Below, in pieces: positions 61,246 to 64,000 of a stretch of DNA of 64,000 nt. Made by a program: the position numbers and the translations under genes. The DNA lies in assembly GCA_963706955.1 (NCBI GenBank), contig CAVPOC010000008.1, forward strand, positions 96,001 through 160,000. The letters run 5' to 3'. This DNA comes from an uncultured Verrucomicrobiae bacterium (GTDB taxonomy: Bacteria > Verrucomicrobiota > Verrucomicrobiia > Chthoniobacterales > Terrimicrobiaceae). Positions within the stretch are counted from its first letter, which is position 1. Every line of letters starts with the position of its first letter. The notes under the pieces were generated by a model. That model saw only the letters and a list, made by a program, of their open reading frames with translations. It was not told the DNA's origin and did no database searches.

Positions 61246-61719
61246 TTCGTCGTGCACGGCGACATTGTGGTCATCGACTCTCACGAATCGATCAACACAG
61301 CTTTCTGGGGCGAGAACATGACGATGTCGGCGCTCAATCGAGGTGTGGTTGCCGCAGTGATTGATGGTGCGTGTCGGGATGTCGAGGAAATCCGGAGGAT
61401 GAGGTTTCCCGTGATTTGCAAGGGAGTTGTTCCCAACGTAGGCGCAATCGCAGGCTATGGGCACGTGAACGTGGCGATTCAGTGCGCTGGAGTGTCGGTT
61501 TTGCCAGGGGACATCATTGTTATCGATGGCAACGGCGTGGTTGTCGTGCCAATGGAAGAGGCTGCTGCGATTCTGCAGGGGGCGCAGCGCCTACTGGATA
61601 CGGAGCGTCTCCTTCAGGAGAAAATCAAAGCTGGCGCGACAATCGGCGAGCTTGTTAACGTCGACGAGATCTTTCGGACAGCGTTCTCGTATCAGAATAA
61701 GGCGCTGGAACACGGGTGA
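61246..61719 (+). pseudogene. 5'-truncated RraA/HMG-aldolase-family protein
   Basis: GDIVVID..AFWGE..VIDGACRDV..V.PGDIIVIDGNGVVVVP; homology begins right after the inverted repeat. Confidence 0.8.
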
Positions 61720-62003
61720 TATCCCAAGGCACTTACGCAACAGTTATTCTTGGCCCAAGCCCCCGGGACAATGCCTACGTGTTGATGGCGGACTTCGGGG
61801 GGCCCGCTCCCACCAAGGTAACGCCTGCCCATTTCGCAACAGCCTCTTTAGTTTAGTTAGGGTATTCGCTGCCAAGCGGGAATGACTGCCATTTCTCCTC
61901 GCCACTAGCGAAGATGGCACCGAGGCGGTGCGTTGTTTGCTCTTCGAGTCGGGCCGAATCGGCCAGCCAAATATCGATCATCTTTTGCGTCCAACCCCAC
62001 GGG

Positions 62004-62390
62004 TTAACACAGATGACGCACACGCCACCCGCCACATACCTGCACCGGGAGTGAGGGATATTTCCCGTCGATCCGCCAGCTATAGAGCCGACCAATGAGG
62101 GTGGTGGTTTTTACCATCCCCTGATGCTGGATACCGTTCCGGTAAATGTTCCAAAACCGCTTGAAGAAGGTGTGATTCACGCCGAGGAACTCCGCCGCTT
62201 TGTTTTGAAACGGGGCACCGTCTTGTACGTCTTGGGTGCCAGTCATTGAGCGGAAATACCGCTCGCAGAGGAAGAGGCCGATGGACATGGCTACGAATGC
62301 GCCACCGCCGCCCTCGACGGATTTGATAGCCTCAAAAGGCTCGATATACCACCGCGTGAATTTCTCACGGGAAGTTGTAGGGACGCCCAT
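62004..62390 (-). CDS. Hypothetical protein (possibly frameshifted at the 3' end)
   Basis: 128-aa ORF with LCERY and FWNIYRNGIQHQG (RxxxxH-like) motifs. Confidence 0.5.
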   Translation of the reverse strand: MGVPTTSREKFTRWYIEPFEAIKSVEGGGGAFVAMSIGLFLCERYFRSMTGTQDVQDGAPFQNKAAEFLGVNHTFFKRFWNIYRNGIQHQGMVKTTTLIGRLYSWRIDGKYPSLPVQVCGGWRVRHLC

Positions 62391-62872
62391 TATTTCCTGC
62401 GCGGTGGGGTGGGTTTCGGGAGTTCGAGGTCCTTCCTTGCCTTCTCTTGCAAAGCCAGAAGCCGCCTTTGCAGGTCAAATGCCTGCTTGTAGAAATCATC
62501 CGTTTTGTTGTAATAGCGGTTAAAGTTTCGAGCGCAGTGGAGCTGATCGGCAAGCGACTGCTTGCCCCATTGGTCAAGGGGGTTTTTCTTGGGCATGGTA
62601 TATCGCTGCCAAAGAGCCCGCAGCCTGTCGAGGCTATCTAAGCCTCTGAGCATTGGTTTCACGCCCCGCCACTGCATTAGAATGAGCATTCTCGTCGACC
62701 ATCCCTCCGGCGAGTTCAAGGTCATGGGGGCGCAAAGGACAGATGTGGCGCTGACCAGCAAAAGAGCCATCAGCGTTGCAAGCACTATCCACTCGTGAGC
62801 GACTAGACCTGCCCGAATTTCTCTCGTCGGTCTCTAAAGGGGACAACGCCGAGTCGCCAAAGTTAAAACCGC

Positions 62873-63280
62873 TCAGACTAGTCCGAGCTGTTTATCCAAT
62901 CCCTTTCGGTCAAAATACACTTCTTCTGAGCGAATCTTGTCTCCCTCCAGGTGAAATATGGAAGCTCCGCGAAGTGTGACTGAGCGTCCAGAGGGAGGTT
63001 TGTCATCGGCTCCCGGACCGGAGTTCGTGCCACGCACTATCCACTCGTGAGCGACTACACCTGCCCGAATTTCGCCGGCCTCGATAACCTCTACAGACAA
63101 GTCGGGAAAGGCCGTCCACACTCCTTTAACGAAGGCGGCAAACTCCTGTCCGCTGACACCCTCCGGCGGAGTATCCGGACTGCGGTATGTGCCGCCTTCA
63201 ATGAATGCTCCTACAAGCGCGTCAGCGTCTCGTCTGTTCCACGAATCATGGTAGCGTTGGGTTACGTCTTCAGCTTTCAT
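62873..63280 (-). CDS. SnoaL-like/ester cyclase (NTF2-fold) protein
   Basis: YHDSWNRRD, AFPDL, EWIVRGTNSG, PPSGRSV..G....GDKI..VYFD. Confidence 0.9.
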   Translation of the reverse strand: MKAEDVTQRYHDSWNRRDADALVGAFIEGGTYRSPDTPPEGVSGQEFAAFVKGVWTAFPDLSVEVIEAGEIRAGVVAHEWIVRGTNSGPGADDKPPSGRSVTLRGASIFHLEGDKIRSEEVYFDRKGLDKQLGLV

Positions 63281-63664
63281 GTGGGGCGAATCAAGCCAGT
63301 GACGGTCGAATTAAAACCAGCCAACTTTTTCCTTTAAACCCGTTGAAGGTGTTTTGGCAAGGGGTCATTTGAGATTCTTTGAGGCATGGCGGAATCTCCA
63401 TACGGAACTCGGATTCACGTAGTTTTGCCTTCCGTATCACCAAACCAGAAGATCCCCGTTGCCTGTGAGAATGTCATTGCGGAGTCGATGTTGCACCGAG
63501 CACCGACGACAACCTCTTGACTTTGTTGACGATGACCCAAACACGTGCTGCCAGATCACGCCAGCGATCGGCGTGCCAGCCATGAATCCCAAGACGACGA
63601 TTTTTTCTTTCTCATTTCATCGCCCGGCGGCTGCGTTACGCCATGCCGCTCATAAATCAGCGCT

Positions 63665-64000
63665 TCATTTCGGTTCGAGTTGAAATACGATCAGGCGCGG
63701 GTTCCTGAGCAGGCAACGGGAGCGGCTTTGCAGCTCTTCAAAGAGACGCGGGTAGATTTCCAGCCACCAGAAGGCCGAAAACAGGAAAATCAAGTATCTG
63801 ACGCCCTGGCGTTGCAGCCGCTCCAACTCCTGGAGCGCGGCTTCGTCGTTGACAGGAGCGCCCCAGTCCACGCCGTTGCGCTCGACGAAAAAGAACCGCC
63901 GATAGGCGGAGAGTTCCGCGTCCGTCCAGCGGTTTTCGGGGTCAACGAAAGCGACTGGTTCCCCTGGCGGTATCAGAGCCCTGACCTCTTCGATAGATTG
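63665..64000 (-). CDS. 3' end of a gene running in from the right edge; domain often found C-terminal on glycosyltransferases
   Basis: Frame open to 64000: IPPGEPVAFVD...ERNGVDWGAPVNDEAALQELERLQRQG..FWWLEIYP. Confidence 0.6.
   Translation of the reverse strand, partial: QSIEEVRALIPPGEPVAFVDPENRWTDAELSAYRRFFFVERNGVDWGAPVNDEAALQELERLQRQGVRYLIFLFSAFWWLEIYPRLFEELQSRSRCLLRNPRLIVFQLEPK

Overview
Bacterial DNA, probably Verrucomicrobiota (soil Chthoniobacterales-like). That assignment is an inference from repeat families and protein motifs and has not been verified. The main feature is at 1-12.4 kb: a head-to-tail array of eight paralogous tail-fibre/adhesin-like genes, plus a partial ninth gene at the left edge. 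All eight share a near-identical N-terminus (MPIDQTLRGLALEIDAS...), followed by shuffled shaft modules and one of four C-termini: a Peptidase_S74 chaperone, an HPLDP domain, a lectin-like tip or an ELPF tip. Domain-swap scars are visible in the DNA, and a small coiled-coil gene closes the array. Next come a clostripain-family peptidase and a roughly 6.7-kb patchwork of gene fragments bounded by tRNA-Pro(TGG) and a 21-bp copy of its 3' end. Three orphan ORFs follow, two with a shared upstream hairpin. The middle holds an AraC/monooxygenase pair, a multicopper oxidase-ZIP-cupredoxin operon, a GlcNAc/glucose PTS cluster (nagB, nagE, ptsG, EIIA-HPr-EI fusion), envelope genes, a TIR protein, rsmE, rfbD and rfbB. 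The right end is accessory DNA: a secreted alpha/beta-hydrolase with a coupled partner gene, a RAYT-like transposase relic with GGGGTC-ended miniature elements, a repeat protein and a 3xPA14 protein. Single-base indels in conserved genes suggest assembly errors, so pseudogene calls based on one frameshift are tentative.
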